This document shows, piece after piece, positions 25,868-40,470 of a stretch of DNA of 64,000 nt. The stretch spans positions 1,530,963-1,594,962 of the forward strand of contig MU058781.1 in the NCBI GenBank assembly GCA_013265495.1, written 5' to 3'. Source of the stretch: Vicugna vicugna (lineage: Eukaryota). The notes under the pieces are model-generated. The model did not search any database. It saw only the letters and a program-made list of their open reading frames with translations, and was not told the DNA's origin. Position 1 is the first letter of the stretch, and each line of letters opens with the position of its first letter. Both the position numbers and the translations under genes were made by a program.

Positions 25868-26372
25868 CATTAGCTTATGTATTAGTTTTCTATTTGCCAT
25901 TGTAACAATTTGTCACAGACTTAGCAGTTTACACAATGTACTTGTATTCTCTTACAGTTCTGTAGGTCGGAAGTCTGGCATGGGTCTCACCAGACTAAAA
26001 TCAAGGCACTGGTTGGGCTCCCTTCCTCTCTGTAGGGTCTGGACAGGATCCTTCTCCTTGCCTCTTCCAGCTTCTAGAGGCCACCCACATTCCCCAGCCC
26101 CTTCCTCCATCCTCTGACTGCAAGGATCAGTTGAGTTCTCACATTGCAACTAACCAACTCTCCATCCCTCTCTTCCACTGTTAAAGACCCATGTGGTTAC
26201 ATTGGGCCCCCCTGGATAATTCAGGATATGCCCCCTATTTTAAGGTCGGCTGGTTAGCAACCTTAACTCCCCATTGCCATTTAATGTAACGTATCTTCAG
26301 GTTCCAGGGATTAAGAAGAGGACTTCTTTGAGTGCATGTTGGGGGAGGGGAGGGGCATTATTCTGCCTACCA
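25868..26372 (-). mobile_element. MLT1 (MaLR) LTR
   Basis: tgtattagttttctatt...cttacagttctgtaggtcggaagtctg...ggcattattctgcctacca. Confidence 0.75.
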
Positions 26373-26639
26373 GACTTTCTAAGAAAGGTCTGTTGCGTTT
26401 TGGGTACAGATATCACTTACGTTATGACATTACGTCAAAATGATGTTCAGACTGCACTTCTCACTGGTGAAAGTTATTGGAGCTGTTAAGAAGCGAAATG
26501 ATCCTCCTCTAGTTGCACTTACATCGATTCCCGTGTACAGCACTCCTTTTCCGGTAATGGAAACCTTGGGATAGGACCACTATCGCTGTGACTGGTCCAA
26601 AATTTATTGAGATGGAGAGGGTTATTAGAGATAGCTTAG

Positions 26640-26857
26640 CAGTGTTTCACCGGTGGGGCAGTTTTGTTTCCCCAGGGGACATTCAGCAATATCTGAAGAC
26701 ATTTTTGATTGTCACTGTTGGTAGGAGAGATGTATTACTGGCATCAGGTAGGTGGAGCCCTGGGATGCTGCTACGTCACACAGTGCACAGGACAGGCCCT
26801 ATGACAAAGAGTTACCCAGCTTAAAGGGTCAGTAGTGCCAAGGTGGGAGAGCCCTGG
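26640..26857. mobile_element. MER20-like hAT relic
   Basis: caggggacattcagcaatatctgaagacatttttgattgtcac...gtcagtagtgccaaggtgggagagccctg. Confidence 0.75.
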
Positions 26858-27186
26858 CTTAGCAAAATGGCAGCCTAGCGCCCTGCTCTCCTTTTCACAG
26901 GCTTTTTAGACTTCAGAGGTGGGTTAGATAACATCCTCTAGATAATGGGTCAGCAACTAAACTTTGGGTCAAAAGAACAATGGAAAGAAATAGAGAAGAT
27001 GGGTAGATCAGGACACAGCAGTCTAGGAAAAACTTAAAGCTTGAAACCTGTTGCTTGGGGTAAACAGTTCATCATCTTCACTGGGTGCTCAGGAATCATG
27101 TCATGTTTCTCTCTCTGTCCCTACGGCCAGCACAACACCAAATGCTCAGCAAGAACTTTAACACATGAAAAAGGATATTGTGTTGT

Positions 27187-27358
27187 GGGGGAGGGTTTAG
27201 CTCAGTGGTGGAGTGTGTGCTTAGCATGCACGAGGTCCTGGGTTCAATCCCCCGTGCTTCCATTAAAAATAAATAAACCTAATCACCCTCCTCCAAAAAA
27301 CCACCAAAAAAAACCCAGAAAAAGCAACAAAATTTTAAAAAATTGAATGAAAAAAAAA
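27187..27358 (+). mobile_element. tRNA-Ala-derived SINE
   Basis: TSD core gatattgtgtt at 27174-27184 and 27359-27369. Confidence 0.88.
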
Positions 27359-27869
27359 GATATTGTGTTAAAAGACTGTTTGAGTTCCACAGGACAGGCA
27401 TTGCAACTTCATGTAACAGAGACCCTGGAATCTCTCACTTAATAGCACTAAGGACACAGAATGGCCTGTTTTCTGAACTTTCACTATATGATAGACAACG
27501 TTATCTGGAAGGTCCTAAAAGGTTTGATAATAGGATTAAAAGTAAACTCAATTAAAAGCCAATGAGAGACCAGAAAACCCCCCTCCTTTTTCATCTGCAT
27601 TAGTTTCATGCTATGGCATTTCCTGCAGGCTTGGGCACACATTATGAGAAGAGGCAATAGGTTCTTTTTACTGATGGCAACACTACATCTACAAACACCA
27701 GCTATTCACACGGCAAGCCTTCGGGCGTTTCGCACCAATGACGAAAAAGCTGACGTGAAGGATAAAACACTGAGAAAAAAATGAGCGTGACTTGGAAGCT
27801 TACCTGCTGAAATTGATGTTGTTCTCTCTTGGTTTTCATTTTTGCTTTTCTTCTCTCTCAACGTTGCAG

Positions 27870-27962
27870 GTGTCCCCGGCTCCATGCCAAACGCGTCGTG
27901 GGCCGGTAACCTCAGAGCCATAAAGTGGATGGACATGGAAGATAAACACGGAGGCTGCCACG
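27870..27962 (+). CDS. GCNT2: GCNT2 exon 2
   Basis: Polypyrimidine tract + ttgcag| (G)[30 protein letters not shown](G) |gtgaga; 93 nt, phase-compatible with exon 1C. Confidence 0.96.
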
Positions 27963-28599
27963 GTGAGAGGCTCTCACTTCGCACTGGGAGGCCACACTGC
28001 TTGTTGGTGTTGGCGCAGAGGTAGCTGTGGTAGACTGTGTGACGGCTTCTCACGGAGAGAGCGGCTGGTCCATTTAGACCAGTCTGTGCATTATTAAATA
28101 GAGTAGCTAGAGGCTTCGAGACACAGCCTTTGGAAAGCAAATGTGTCTCACAGACGTTCTCCAGCTTATAATTACCTAGGGAGACGCGGAGGCAGGTTCA
28201 GGGCATCACGGTGCTTCCTTCTCGCCAGTTTCTGCTTTCTCCTTATTATTCGCTCCTCTTTCGGCCCCTTTTGGGAGTGCAGCGGTTAGGAGGGGAAGGT
28301 GTTCAGGATGAGAACTGAGATCGGTGCTCACCATGGAGCAAGCTGGACCCCCGGCCCTCACGTCAGCCTCTGCCCCCTGCGCAGACAGGTTTCCAGGTGA
28401 CTCAGAGGAGTTCGCTGCGGCCCCGGTACGGTGGCAGGTGACAGCAGCAAGAGAGAGTGCTCCTCCAAATGGGCAAGAACTAGAAAACTTAAGTCGTTTC
28501 ATTTCTACAGAACCTCATGAAGAAGGTCTGTTTTAATCAGTCCTGGTGTGTATTCCATTCAAATATTGCCTGGTACACGGGGGGCATATGTATTTGTTG

Positions 28600-29290
28600 A
28601 CAAGGGTTAGCTTAATGAAGTACCACAGACTGAGTGGTTTAAACCACAGAAATTTATTTCCCCGTAATCCTGGAGGCTAGAAGTCCGGGATCAACACGTC
28701 AGCAGGTTTGGCTTCTTTTAAGGCCTCTCTCTTTGGCTTGTAGACGGCCGGCTTCTCCCTGAGTCTCCTGAGACCTTCCCTCCGTGAATGTCTGTGTCTC
28801 AAGTCTCTTCTTATAAGGACACCAGTCATAATGGATTAAGGCCCTTCCACATTCCCCATTCTAACTTCATTACGCCTTTTTTTAAACTGAAGTATAGTTG
28901 ATTTACAACGTTGTGTTAGTTTCAGGTGTACAGCATAGTGATTCAGTTATACACAAGCATATATATATTTTTCAGATTCTTTTCCATTGGAGGTTATTAC
29001 AGGATATTAAATATAATTCCCTGTGCTATATAGTAGGTTCTTGTTATTTATCTGCTTTATATACAGTAGTGTGTATCTGTTAATCCCTAACTCCTAACTT
29101 ATCCCTCCTCTCTTTTCCCCTTTGGTAACCATAGTTTGTTTTCTATGTCTATGAGTCTATTTCTGGTTGGTAAATAGGTCCATTTGTATCTTTTGAAAAG
29201 TCCTTGTATCAAACAGTTACAGCCTGAGGTACTGGGGAGTTAGGACTTCAGTTTATGAATTTGGGGGAAACATAATTCAGCCCATAAGAG
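28600..29290 (-). mobile_element. MLT1 LTR interrupted by an L1 3' fragment (about 28877-29195)
   Basis: taccacagactgagtggtttaaaccacagaaatttattt...ggctagaagtcc; L1 tail gaagtatagttgatttacaac; MLT1 resumes with gaggtactggggagttaggacttca. Confidence 0.7.
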
Positions 29291-31789
29291 CAGGCAATAA
29301 ATCTGTTCGTAAGCATATTCATGTCTTTACCTTAATCAGCCCACATTTTCCCCAGAGGACAGCTCATGGCCAGCTGCCTGCCTTCTCATCATGGCCCGCC
29401 GTCCCAGGAGAAAGAAGAGGATGGAGAGGAGGGTACTTTGTTCTTTGATGTCCTGGATCTTCCTTAGAAAACGGACCATCTCCATTAGTCAGGGTCCCAA
29501 TATTTGGGATATGTTGTCCTCTCCGCATCCTTCTATAACCCCCATCACCCTCCCTCTAGGAAGACTGCAGGCATCCTCTGATCTGCTTCTCTACCTCTTC
29601 CCGAGCTGGAACACTTGAGGACTTCAACATGGACAACAGGGACCCATGTGATGTCATTACTTTGCAGCCCCACCCCTCCCCCATCATAGATGCTCCTGTC
29701 CACTGTGCATCAGCCACACTGAAGCCCCACCTTCAGTCTCCTTGTCACCACCTGTATCCAGGACCTACCCCAGTAGAGAAGGTATAGACCAGTCAGGTTT
29801 GCATTTTTATAGGGACCTTTACTGATCACGTGGCAGGAGGAGGAGGCCGTGAAAGTAGCCCCTAGCCAGGAACCTACATAGGGTACAAAGTTTAGGTAGC
29901 CCAGCCCCTCTCAAACAAATGTCTCATTTTTCTTCGCTTAGTTCCTGTTATGCCAATGAACATCTGAAAGCCTTAAAGGATTCATAGCATGAAAAATGTT
30001 TATCCTTCAAACCACTGTATAAGGAAAAGAAAAAGACATGGTCCAGGGGAGGCAGAACATTATGCCAAGCCAGCAAATCAGTCTAGACCTTTGTTCCAAA
30101 CCTCTGTGTGTATCCACTTTCCAAGCCCTCTTGGGCACTTTTGGTCTTGGACTTGGAGCTCCCATCTCTTATTACAAGCTCCTTGTCACCCTGCTAGTTT
30201 CCTTCACCAACTTACATGCTACAGAGTGTACTGTCTTTCATCCCAGAACAGAAGAGAAGCTCCAACGGGGCTGGGATATTTGACCAGTTTGTCCATCACT
30301 GTATCCCCACACCTAAAGCTTGTTGTTGTTGTTTTAAATGTGTTTTGCTTTTTTAAAATTGGGATTCCTAGAGGTTCAACTTTCCTGGCTTCCTCCTTCT
30401 ACTAGCTTCCTTCTGAGGACTCGGGGACCAGCCCGTGTGCTGCATCAGCCGTCCCATGCTGTGCTCTCTGACATTGTAGGTCCCCTTGTCGTTTGACCCT
30501 ACAGGGCTGATTCCCACTCGCAATCATTAACCACCATCCGCTTTTTGCCATTTGTATTTCCCTAAGCAGAACATTGCTGGAGAACGTAACAAAACTGTCC
30601 TAAAAACTGCCCACAGTGGGAAGCTGCTAGCTAACTTCAGCTCGACCCTGCTGGCTGCCACCTTATTCTTTTATTTACCTCATTATTGTCCTGGCGCTCT
30701 TCCCTGGTGTACGCCTTTCAGTTTTTCTGCTCACCTTTGAGTTCCCAATCTTATGCTAAAACAGCCTTTCCATTCTCAAAAGGTGGTTAATTTCAACTTT
30801 GGCAAGAGCTTTGCAGACATCTGATGAAAATCTCCGCATCAGTTCCTTTCTCGTGTCCTCCCTTTTCTCCATCTTAGAGTGTTTTGGGCCCATTCTCTCG
30901 TTGTTGCTTCCTGTTTCAAGAGGAAAAGTTACCCATCCTCACAATCAAGGTCACCATCTGTGGTCTCGGTTGTGTGTGGGTCCCCTCAGTTATCCCTTTG
31001 CCCTCCTGCACTCTCAGTGTCTCCCTCTCTGCTGGCTCCTTCCCTTCTCTCCGCAAGGATGTCCTTCCTGCCTCCATCCTGAAGACCAAGCTATTTCTGC
31101 CCCCTCTGCTTGATCCTGCCTGAAATGTTCTCTCCTGTCCCTTTTAGTTCGTGAGCCTGGGTGTGCTGCCCACACACCGAGCTCTGCTCACCCACCTCCC
31201 GGTTATTCGTTCACTTCCCACGACTCTGGCTTCTCTCTCCAGTGACTTTCACTCTCTGCTGTGCTTCATCCCAGCCACACTGAGTTAACCACCAGGTCCT
31301 TTCAGTCCTTCTGCCCTCTGCCTCTAATAGCCTCCCCTTCCCACTCACGGCAACCATTAACTTTGAACAAGTTCTGTGGTTTACATGATGACTGTAGTCA
31401 CTTGATTGGTTTCCAGTGTACCCTGCAAAGCTCTGCAAAATTAATCTTGCTGCAATCGATTTCATCATTTGATTCTTCTATTCAAAAATCTTTAATGGCA
31501 CTCCATATTCATGGGATAAAAATAGCCCGATCCTTAAATCTATTTTTAGTCAGTCCACCACCATCCTTCTACTCCATGCCAAGCAAACTCTGGAAAGAGT
31601 TCCAGCTTCTACCATTCTTGTTTTTAACCCGTTCCACCACCAAACTCTCCATTCCAGCAGAAAATTCCCATCTCTAAATTTTCCCGAGGCATTTTCCCAC
31701 CGGAAACCATCATCCGTCCCTCCCCTCCAGATGCTTCCAAATTCTGCCCATCCACGAACTCTCCACAACTCCTCCCCTCGCCTTTTATT

Positions 31790-32700
31790 CAACAACTGTT
31801 CATTTAACACCTGATATTTACCAGGCACTGTTCCAGGTGCAGGGAACACAGACAGAAGTGAACACAGTGGTCTCAAATTCCAGCTCTTCTGGAGAAAGAC
31901 AATAAACAAAGAAACCTGTGTGTTGGTAATAAGTGCCAAGAGAAAAATGAATCAGGGAAGAAGGGAAGGAGGTCAGAGAAGGCCTCATGGAGAAGATGGC
32001 CTTGAAGCAGAGACCTGGATGGTGCCAGAGGGAGCCTTGAGAATGTCTGGTAGAGAGGGGTGGTCCAAGGAGTAAGATGCCCAGGGTGCCAGGAACCAGC
32101 AAGAAGGCCAGTGTGGCTGATGGGAATTGTGCAAGGGTTATTAAGAGTTGCAAGTGAATGAGCATGTGGTGGGAGGTAAGTCCAGGTTACAAAGGACCAC
32201 CCTCTCAGGAATCTTGAATGCCATTGCTAGGATGTTGGCTTTTATTCCACATGAAATAAGAAACCATTAGAGGGTTTCGAGACATGTTCCGCTTTCATTT
32301 AGAGCAATCACTCTGGCTGTTGTGCTGAGAATATACTAACAGGCAAAAATGGAGACCAGTTATTATCATACCAGTTCAGACAGAAAGATGGAGGTGGCTT
32401 GGTCTAGGACGGTAGTAGTGGGGGTGGTGAAAAGTGGTCAAATTCTATTAATATTCAGAAGGTTGAGCTGACAGAATTGCCGACAGATTGGATGTGGGCT
32501 GTGAAAGAAAGTGGGGAGAAGTGCCCAGGGCACTGAAGAGTAGACTTGCCGTGGGTTATGATGGGGAAGACTTGGGAAGGATGAAGGCGGTCAGACCTGA
32601 CACGTCGTTATCGGTGAGGTTTATTCCTCACCCAAGAGGAGATATAAAGCAGGCACATGAATAGACCAGGCTGGAGCTCAGGGAAGCAGCCTGACCAACA
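31790..32700 (-). mobile_element. L2 fragment (approximate bounds)
   Basis: ttattcaacaactgttcattta...ccaggcactgttccaggtgc...atcactctggctgttgtgctgagaat...gagctgacagaattgccgacagattggatgtggg. Confidence 0.65.
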
Positions 32701-32968
32701 CGGCCAAAGAAGACCTCTCTCCTCTGTACACGTCTAGAGCTTGGCATCCGTGAAATCCAGAGTTCGTTATACATGAACTGCCCTGTGATGCCTAGTGCGT
32801 CATTCCTTTGTATTATGTAACTCTCGTGTCCTCGTGGGCTGGACCAGCACAGTTCTCTTTCATCAGTGTCTCGTACACTTGGCACATCTCTAGCCACGCA
32901 GCAGTCCAGCCGTCCCCCTACCATTCTGTGAGTTCACTACCCCTGACTCGAAAACAAGCCTGTTTTGA

Positions 32969-33184
<216 letters not shown>

Positions 33185-35309
33185 TCTGCTGCAGCTCAGG
33201 GCTGGAGGGAAATTGCAGCTGGGAAGGAGAGCCTTTCTTTGGGAGAGAACTTTGCCTAGAGTTAAATGAACAGTTTGAGGACCACAGTTACGGCTTCAGG
33301 ACCCGACTACACTATTACATATTAAAATACCTACTGGACACTGTGAAATGCACTATCAGGATGGTTGCACAGAGTGATCCCGGCGCTCTGGTCACACTGG
33401 CAGTTTCCTGAGGCTCCCCTCTGTATCAGGCTAAAGTTTTGATCAATGATAAATGTAACTGTCATCAGATCTTTGCATCGGATACTCATGGTAGATAAAT
33501 GCTCTAATGAAAAGGAGAATTGTAGGTAGTACTGTTTAGGAAAATAAGAATTGGGTGTCTTTGAAGAAGGAATCTTTCATAACAGATCGATAGCCACACA
33601 TTAACGGACACTCCTTCTCTTTGCTCAACCGCACTTAGGCGTAGAAACCGTTTTCTGAGTAACTCACCAAACTCCTTTAAAACTTGACTGAGAACGAGAT
33701 CTTGTTCCTGCGTTGCAGCAGCAGCACTTTCCAGTTTCCTGTGTCTTAGGTTCTTTCTAGAATGTAAAGTCGTTCGCAGGAGACAGAATTGAAGACGGCA
33801 GTCACTGCCTGCCACTTCAGTAAAAGGACCCCGCGAATCAGTTTCTTGATGATTTGTCAGAATGTGCTCCGATCCCTCTTGCATCATTTTCCATTGAGAA
33901 CAAGGAAGAGTTCTCGAAGAATGAAGATATTCCTCCAAGACAGGAATTGCATAGGAATGGTTGCATAGGAGAGTGAATTACCGTCCTTCTCTGCCGCCAC
34001 CCCTCGCCCCCACCAAAGTGATGTTACCTGCAACATGGAGACCGAGTTGTAGCTGTGAGCCCTTCAGGAATCCAGAATGTTCCCCGGTAGCTTTGTCATG
34101 CCTGGTGCTGATAGGGGTGCCTGGGTTTTTAAGAGCTTTCACCTGTGGGCGAAACTCTCTGTCACTTACCTTTTGTCCCATTCGCCCATCCAATTCATTC
34201 ATTCAGGAGTCAGTCAATAAGCATCTCCTGGGTGTCTGTTATACAGCTGACACATGCAGAGACAAGGAGGAGGAGAAAATCAGAAGCTGTTTCACTCTAA
34301 ACATCTTGGCAGTAACGTCACTGTTGGAGAGGCTGCTCTAAGAGAGTCTAGAATCTGGTTGTGTTTTATTAACGCACGCATGTGCGGGGTTGCCGGTTGT
34401 GATATCGAGCCGAGGGCATCGTCAACTACACAGTGAGGTCTAAATCGGGGATTATTCCCGAGAGACAAGTGGGGGACGAGGCAGCAGCTGCAGCGGATTG
34501 CGTTCTAGGTGTCCTGCCAGCAACTTGACACCTCATTGCCTTCCAGCGTCACGGCTCTCTTGTGAAGCTCGCGTTGATCGCCCCATTTTGCAGGTGTAGT
34601 TAGTGAGGCTCAGACAGGGTGGTCGTAAGCACTAGGGAACAAGTTCTCTGAAAATCAGGATTCTTTTCCTGGTCTGCTTAGCTCATTGCCTGAGGTGGGC
34701 CACTGGGAGAAGGTGACATAAAGCCATATTTAGTATAACAGATTGGCTTCAGTGTTAATATTTGAAGAAAGATCTTGTCACCTCGGGAGAATGTGAAGTC
34801 TACTTTTGTACTCTGCGATCTATTGAGTGCCGTAATATTTATTCTAATGAAAAACAGTGACTACAACTCATGGTACACTTAATGAATGCAATTTTATTAT
34901 TTTTTTCTGTCCTTGTGCCTGTTGAATGTTGATTACATTTAAGGGAATGACTTTGAAGTAAAGCCTTCTTTTCTCCTGCTACTGAAAACAATGAAACTGT
35001 ACTGGGTAATGAAATGTCAAAGGGTAGGGAATACACCCAGAGCTAATGGTAGAATCGAAACGTCACCGTTTTTTGTTTTTTCCAGCTTATTTACATGACG
35101 CCCCCTGAGAAGAAGGAATGTTTTACACTGGATCTTTCTCATGTGGAACAAGAAATCTTTTGGAATAGATGTTTACATGTCCATTGCTGGTCATTTCTTC
35201 TATGTCTGAAGTGCTTTAATATTGGAAGAATGTCGTGTTCGGACTAGTGGGTTTAGGCTAGCCCATGAGATGCCTTTGTTTTGATGACGTTCCACGTTGT
35301 TTTCTTGGA

Positions 35310-35315
35310 AATAAA
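35310..35315 (+). terminator. GCNT2: Probable GCNT2 polyadenylation signal
   Basis: AATAAA about 2.1 kb after the stop, followed by T/GT-rich sequence; a proximal ATTAAA also lies at 33321-33326. Confidence 0.55.
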
Positions 35316-36018
35316 TTAATATATTGTTTTCCATCTTTGGGGCTATTGTGGATTTTTATTTGACAAATACTTAACAAGGTAATTCTCCTAGTATGTTCTA
35401 AAAAATGCAAATCAATACATTCATACATACACACATACCTGTCTAAAAATGTCCATTCACTGGAAAATAATTACGCTTTCTCTTTTGGGGGTGCTGGGGA
35501 GAAGAGAATATAATGGAAGGCCAGTTTCATTTAAATTGGGTACAACGCATTTAAAAATTTGAGGCAGGAATAAGTTACCCTGCTATATTTGCCTCCTTTA
35601 TTCATTTTTTCAAAATCAAGACAATTTAGGAAAAAGACATGTTAGTAATATTATTAATTGGCTTTATCAAATGCCAAAGTTTTTGAGCAGCCTCTCAGTG
35701 CTGAGTTTTGCTAAACAAATATTGTCTCGAACAGACACATGGAAAATGACAGAAATACGAAGGGAAATAATTCCTTTGAAGAACATCTGGTATACTCTTT
35801 CTTTTAAATGTAAAATATTTTAAAACTAAAGTGAAAAACATTGCAAACTACAAAAAAAATGCTCATAAAAATAGAATACAGAAGACTATAGAATAAAAAG
35901 TGAATTAATACAAAAGATATAGAATGAAAAGTGAACTCCTTTCTCCAGAGGCAATTACTTGTTTGGTATATGTTCGCAAGTGTCTTTTCAATATACACAG
36001 AGATATATGTATCCTGTG

Positions 36019-36187
36019 CAGTGCTGTCCAAAAGAATCTCAGCAGTGATGACAATGTTCTATATCTGCACTGTCCGAAATGGTAACCACGCATGTTAGCT
36101 GCTGGGCACTTGAAATGTAGTTAGCGTGACTGAGGAGGTGTTAGCTGCTTTAAGCCACGTGGGACTAGTGGCTATTGTATAGCACAG
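36019..36187. mobile_element. MER3/MER33-like hAT relic
   Basis: cagtgctgtccaaaagaa...gcacttgaaatgtagttagcgtgactgagg...agccacgtgggactagtggcta. Confidence 0.65.
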
Positions 36188-39100
36188 TTGTACAGCTATG
36201 TGCTCGTGTACACAGTGGAAATAAACACAAAGACACACACACTGGTTTTTTTTTAATGGGTTGATTATACAGAGATATAATAGAAATTATATCTTTTTGC
36301 CACTTGTTTTTGGGGTCCCTTCAAAAACAAACTTAACTTTAGAATAGCTTTAGTTTTACAAATTGCAGGTAGCACGAAGAGTTCCTGTAGACCCTGACTG
36401 TCTCCCCGATCATCAGCTTGTATGGACTCTGTTCTGTTCTACTGAGCTTTTGGTTTATCATATGCCAAAACCATATATGAAAAATCATTATAAGCCTCTG
36501 ACATGTGGCAAAGAGAGACAGAGGATCTCTTACTGATTTTTTTTGACATTTTCTTAGCTAGTTTTTGCTCATTTAATTTTAGGCAAATATTAGAAACAGT
36601 TTGTCAGATTCCTTGAAAGATCCTGTTGAGATCCTGATGGAATTTGCACAGAATTCACATTGATTGACTTGGGGGGTAACCATACCTGGACAAGACTGAG
36701 CTGTCAATATGTCTGCTTACCCGGGTCCTTTTTTATGTCCTTCACTTGTATAGCTTCCCCCATAAAAGTCTTGCAGATGTCGTATTATGTTTATTGCCGT
36801 GTATTTTAATAGAGTTCTTTGTGCTTTTGGGGAATGAGATTTTTAAAGTATATTTCTATTTTGCTATTGATAGCATAAAGGAAAACAATTGATTTCAATT
36901 CTGTATGTGGTTTATTAAACTTTTTTATTATTTCTAATAGTTCCTTAAATTGTTACACTTCACATTTTTGGGGACTTATGTATAAATAACAGTGTTTGCT
37001 TTTTCCTCCTCAGTAAGTCATTTTGTTAAGATTATTACTAATCTTATTTCTTTCTTGTCTTCTTACATGCAGAAATCTGCAATACAGTTTCAAACGGTAG
37101 CACCTGTCCTTGAGTTGTTCCCAACATTAAAGGGCGAGTTTAACTCTTGTGTATGATGTTGGAGGTTTGCAGTAGATTTCTGGTAGATACCCTTTATTGA
37201 TTTAAAAATCAGAATACCAGAAAATAAATATAAACTGAAATATATTCCAATTTTTAAAGTCCCAGTTGCTATCTCTTTTCTTTTGAGTGACTTTGATTTA
37301 AAATTGTTTCTCTTCAAAAGGTAAGAGGAAAAGGTCACCACTCTTAATCTTTTTATACAGTGAGAATTTAGTATACCAGTTTAAGTCAAGTGGGAAACTG
37401 GAGCAGGGATGTATTTGAACAGATGAGGCAAATAACTGGAGTTTGGGACGCTTAATGCCGGACCTGAAATTTTCTATGGTAACTACTCCCTCTTCTGGTC
37501 AGGATGGCTTAGGGATTAAGAGGTCAAGCTAATGGGAAAAACACTGGGAGTCAAGTTCTGACCTTGGAAAGAGGACCAGCAGTGATGTCTCTGCAGGGAG
37601 GAGGGTAAGAGGTGAAGCTGGCCATGCTCATTTCTCCATAAGGAGCATCTACAAACTTCTAAAGTGGTGGGTTTCCATGGCGTCTGCAGGGAAGATTAAC
37701 CTTGACAAGTCCTGCTGTGAGCCCAGAAGGCCTGACTTACATCTTGAGAAGGATCCTGGGGGCTGTGTTAGATGGGTGGGCTGAATGGTCCAAAACTAAA
37801 GGGTTCTTCTGGAAAGGAGACAGAAGTCAGAAACTGATGGCCAGCATCATGTGTCAAACAGGATATTGGGAGAAATAGTTTAAAAAGTTAGTGCAAGGTT
37901 TAAGTGAATTATTTATGAACTCCAGGCTATTTATTCCAGTCAAAGTCAATTGTTAGTGAACTTCTGGGCATTAGCTGTACACAAGGCAAAAATAGAAGAT
38001 TTTAGATGGCTTTCTAAAAAGTTTTAAAGTAGCTTTAGGCTTCACAGACAAGTTACAAAAATGGTACAGAAAATTCTTGTAGGTCTTTCACCCAACTTCT
38101 AATGCTAACATCTTACAAAACCAAAGTTCAATGATCAAAACCAGTTTTGTTGAGTTTTTTGTCCTGTGCTGGCTGTGTGTTGAGAGTTGAAGTCAAGTGA
38201 CCCTTACCTTTGCACAGGACAGACCAGATGGGTAAGGCGAGTCCCAGTAACATGTAGTGCCATCACATTAAAACAAATGACAGCAAAGGGACTGGTCTCA
38301 AGGGACAGTTCTTGATGACAATGGTCCTATGAAAAGGACGACTCTGTAGATTCTTTATTCTAGACAAGGAAAATGAGATAAAAGAAGAGGATGAGGAAGG
38401 AGAGCAGGTCCATAGTCTTATCACTAAGAGGGTGATGGAGAAGGAAGCAGGTGTACTGCAGTTAAAATGTGTCCTGCATCTTACAGATCAATGGTTGGAA
38501 AACTAATTTAGATTCAGTTTCTTAGGATTATACTAAGTGGATGTAATGGGTCGTGAAGAAGGAAAAGCACTGAATACTGCCACGTCCACACATTTCAACT
38601 CTGGTGCTTAACACCTTTGGTGGTTCCCTTCCGCATACCTTTGAGCAGGTGAGGCGTGGTAACCCTATGATTCGCATTCCACGGTAGCTTTCACAGAGGA
38701 CTCAGCAGGAAGTATTTGAATTGGACTTGCCAGTTGCATGGTTGTATATCAGAGATGATTCAGTGGAAGAATGACGGTTTAAAGAATAACCACAGTCATA
38801 AGATGGGATTCTTTTGAGATAACAGTGACAAAAGGCAAGAGTGACTGAAATCCATTATAGGCTGGTAGAGAAATATTTATAAATATCGGAAATTTACTAA
38901 AACACTGATGTTTGTGATCATTACCATAAATGGAAATTTTCCTATCTGGATATGTGATCAAAAAAGCTTTTCTAAGGAATGGTGAGAATCTGGGCAAATG
39001 CCATTTGAAAAACTTCCACATGTATAAAATGGGGCTAGAGAAATATTGCTGTGTTTTCATAGGATTTTTGATCAGGAAGCTTCCACTTATTTCTGCATGT

Positions 39101-39419
39101 ATTTAACAAATGAACTATGCTAGTTTGAAGTTCTGGATATACAGCTACATATTAAGGCTGTTAGATCTTTTACATCCTAGTTGAAGCAATAAAAAATCCC
39201 CCTCCCCCAAATAACCAACAAACAAGATAATTTTAGATAGTGATCTAGTGTTACTGTGAAAAAAAATAAAGCCAGTGAGATGATAGAGGTCATCAGATGT
39301 GGAGGAAATGTGTCTCCTTTAGGTTAGGCTGTCAAGCAAGACCTCCCTGTAGAGGGAATAATTTGAGATTACAGTTTTGCTCTCTGCAACTGATCACAAA
39401 GACTGTAGCTGGACATGAA

Positions 39420-40470
39420 GACTTGCCTTTACCAACATATTCCTTGGCTTTGTTAAAAAGTCAGCCAGTCAAGAGGTCCTTGGAGAAAAGGCTGGTTCCA
39501 GAGCTTGGGCAGGGAAAGTACGAGTCTGCAACACACTGTAGCACCAGAAAGTAGGACAATGCTCAGAGAATGATGAGAACCTAGCAAAAGGCACCAGAAT
39601 CACCTTGAAGAGACCACTGCTGGCTAATCTAGGACACCTTGAGCATCAAAATAAATATGACAGTTGTATACTGTAACTCAATAAGAGCTCGTGAATCCAT
39701 ATGTGCATATACATGCACATATACATACATTTATACACACATAAATAGTGTAGAAGGGGAAATTCTTATAGTAAAAGGCCAATAAATACAGAAGGAACGA
39801 TGGAGTTAGGAAATCATTAATGGTGCTAAAACTAATGGGCGAAAATTTGACAAGGAACAGGATATTTACATGGTTTCAAAATATCTCCCCACAGATGGCT
39901 TATTAATTATAAACATACAATTGTAACTTTACAGTGGAAAAATAAAACCTAGAGACATCATCTAATCAAGTGATCAAAGTCACATCACTCAAACAGGGAC
40001 AGACTGGCTGACAGGAAGCGCTGAGGTCATAACGTCGCTTTAGCGGTGTTCCTGCTGAAGCTGCATAAACTGAATCTATCGTCATGAGGAAACAGCAAAC
40101 AAACCAAAATCGATCAACACTGCAGAAAATAACCGGCCAGTGCTCTTCAAAGATATCAAAATCAAGACAGACTGGAGAACTGTCCTTGATTAAAGGAGAT
40201 TAATGAGAAATGAAAATCAATGCAATACAAGATCCTGAATTAGATACAAAACTGGAGGTATAAAGAAAAGCTATAAAGGACATTACGGAGACAGTTTAAA
40301 AAAATGAGTATACAGACTAAGGATTAGATAATACTAGTGTGTCACTGTTAAGCTTCCTGATTATTAAAAAAAAAATTCTTTGCCCTTAGGAAGTAGCAGA
40401 GTGGTTAGTGTATAAAGTAGTTTGATGTCGCCACCATACGCTCAAATAGTTCAAAAAATGTACACGCACA
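39420..40470 (+). mobile_element. Old L1MC/MD-type 3' region (approximate bounds)
   Basis: aaaatttgacaaggaacaggatatttacatggtttcaaaatatctcccc...gtaactttacagtggaaa...gattaaaggagattaatgagaaatg. Confidence 0.55.
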
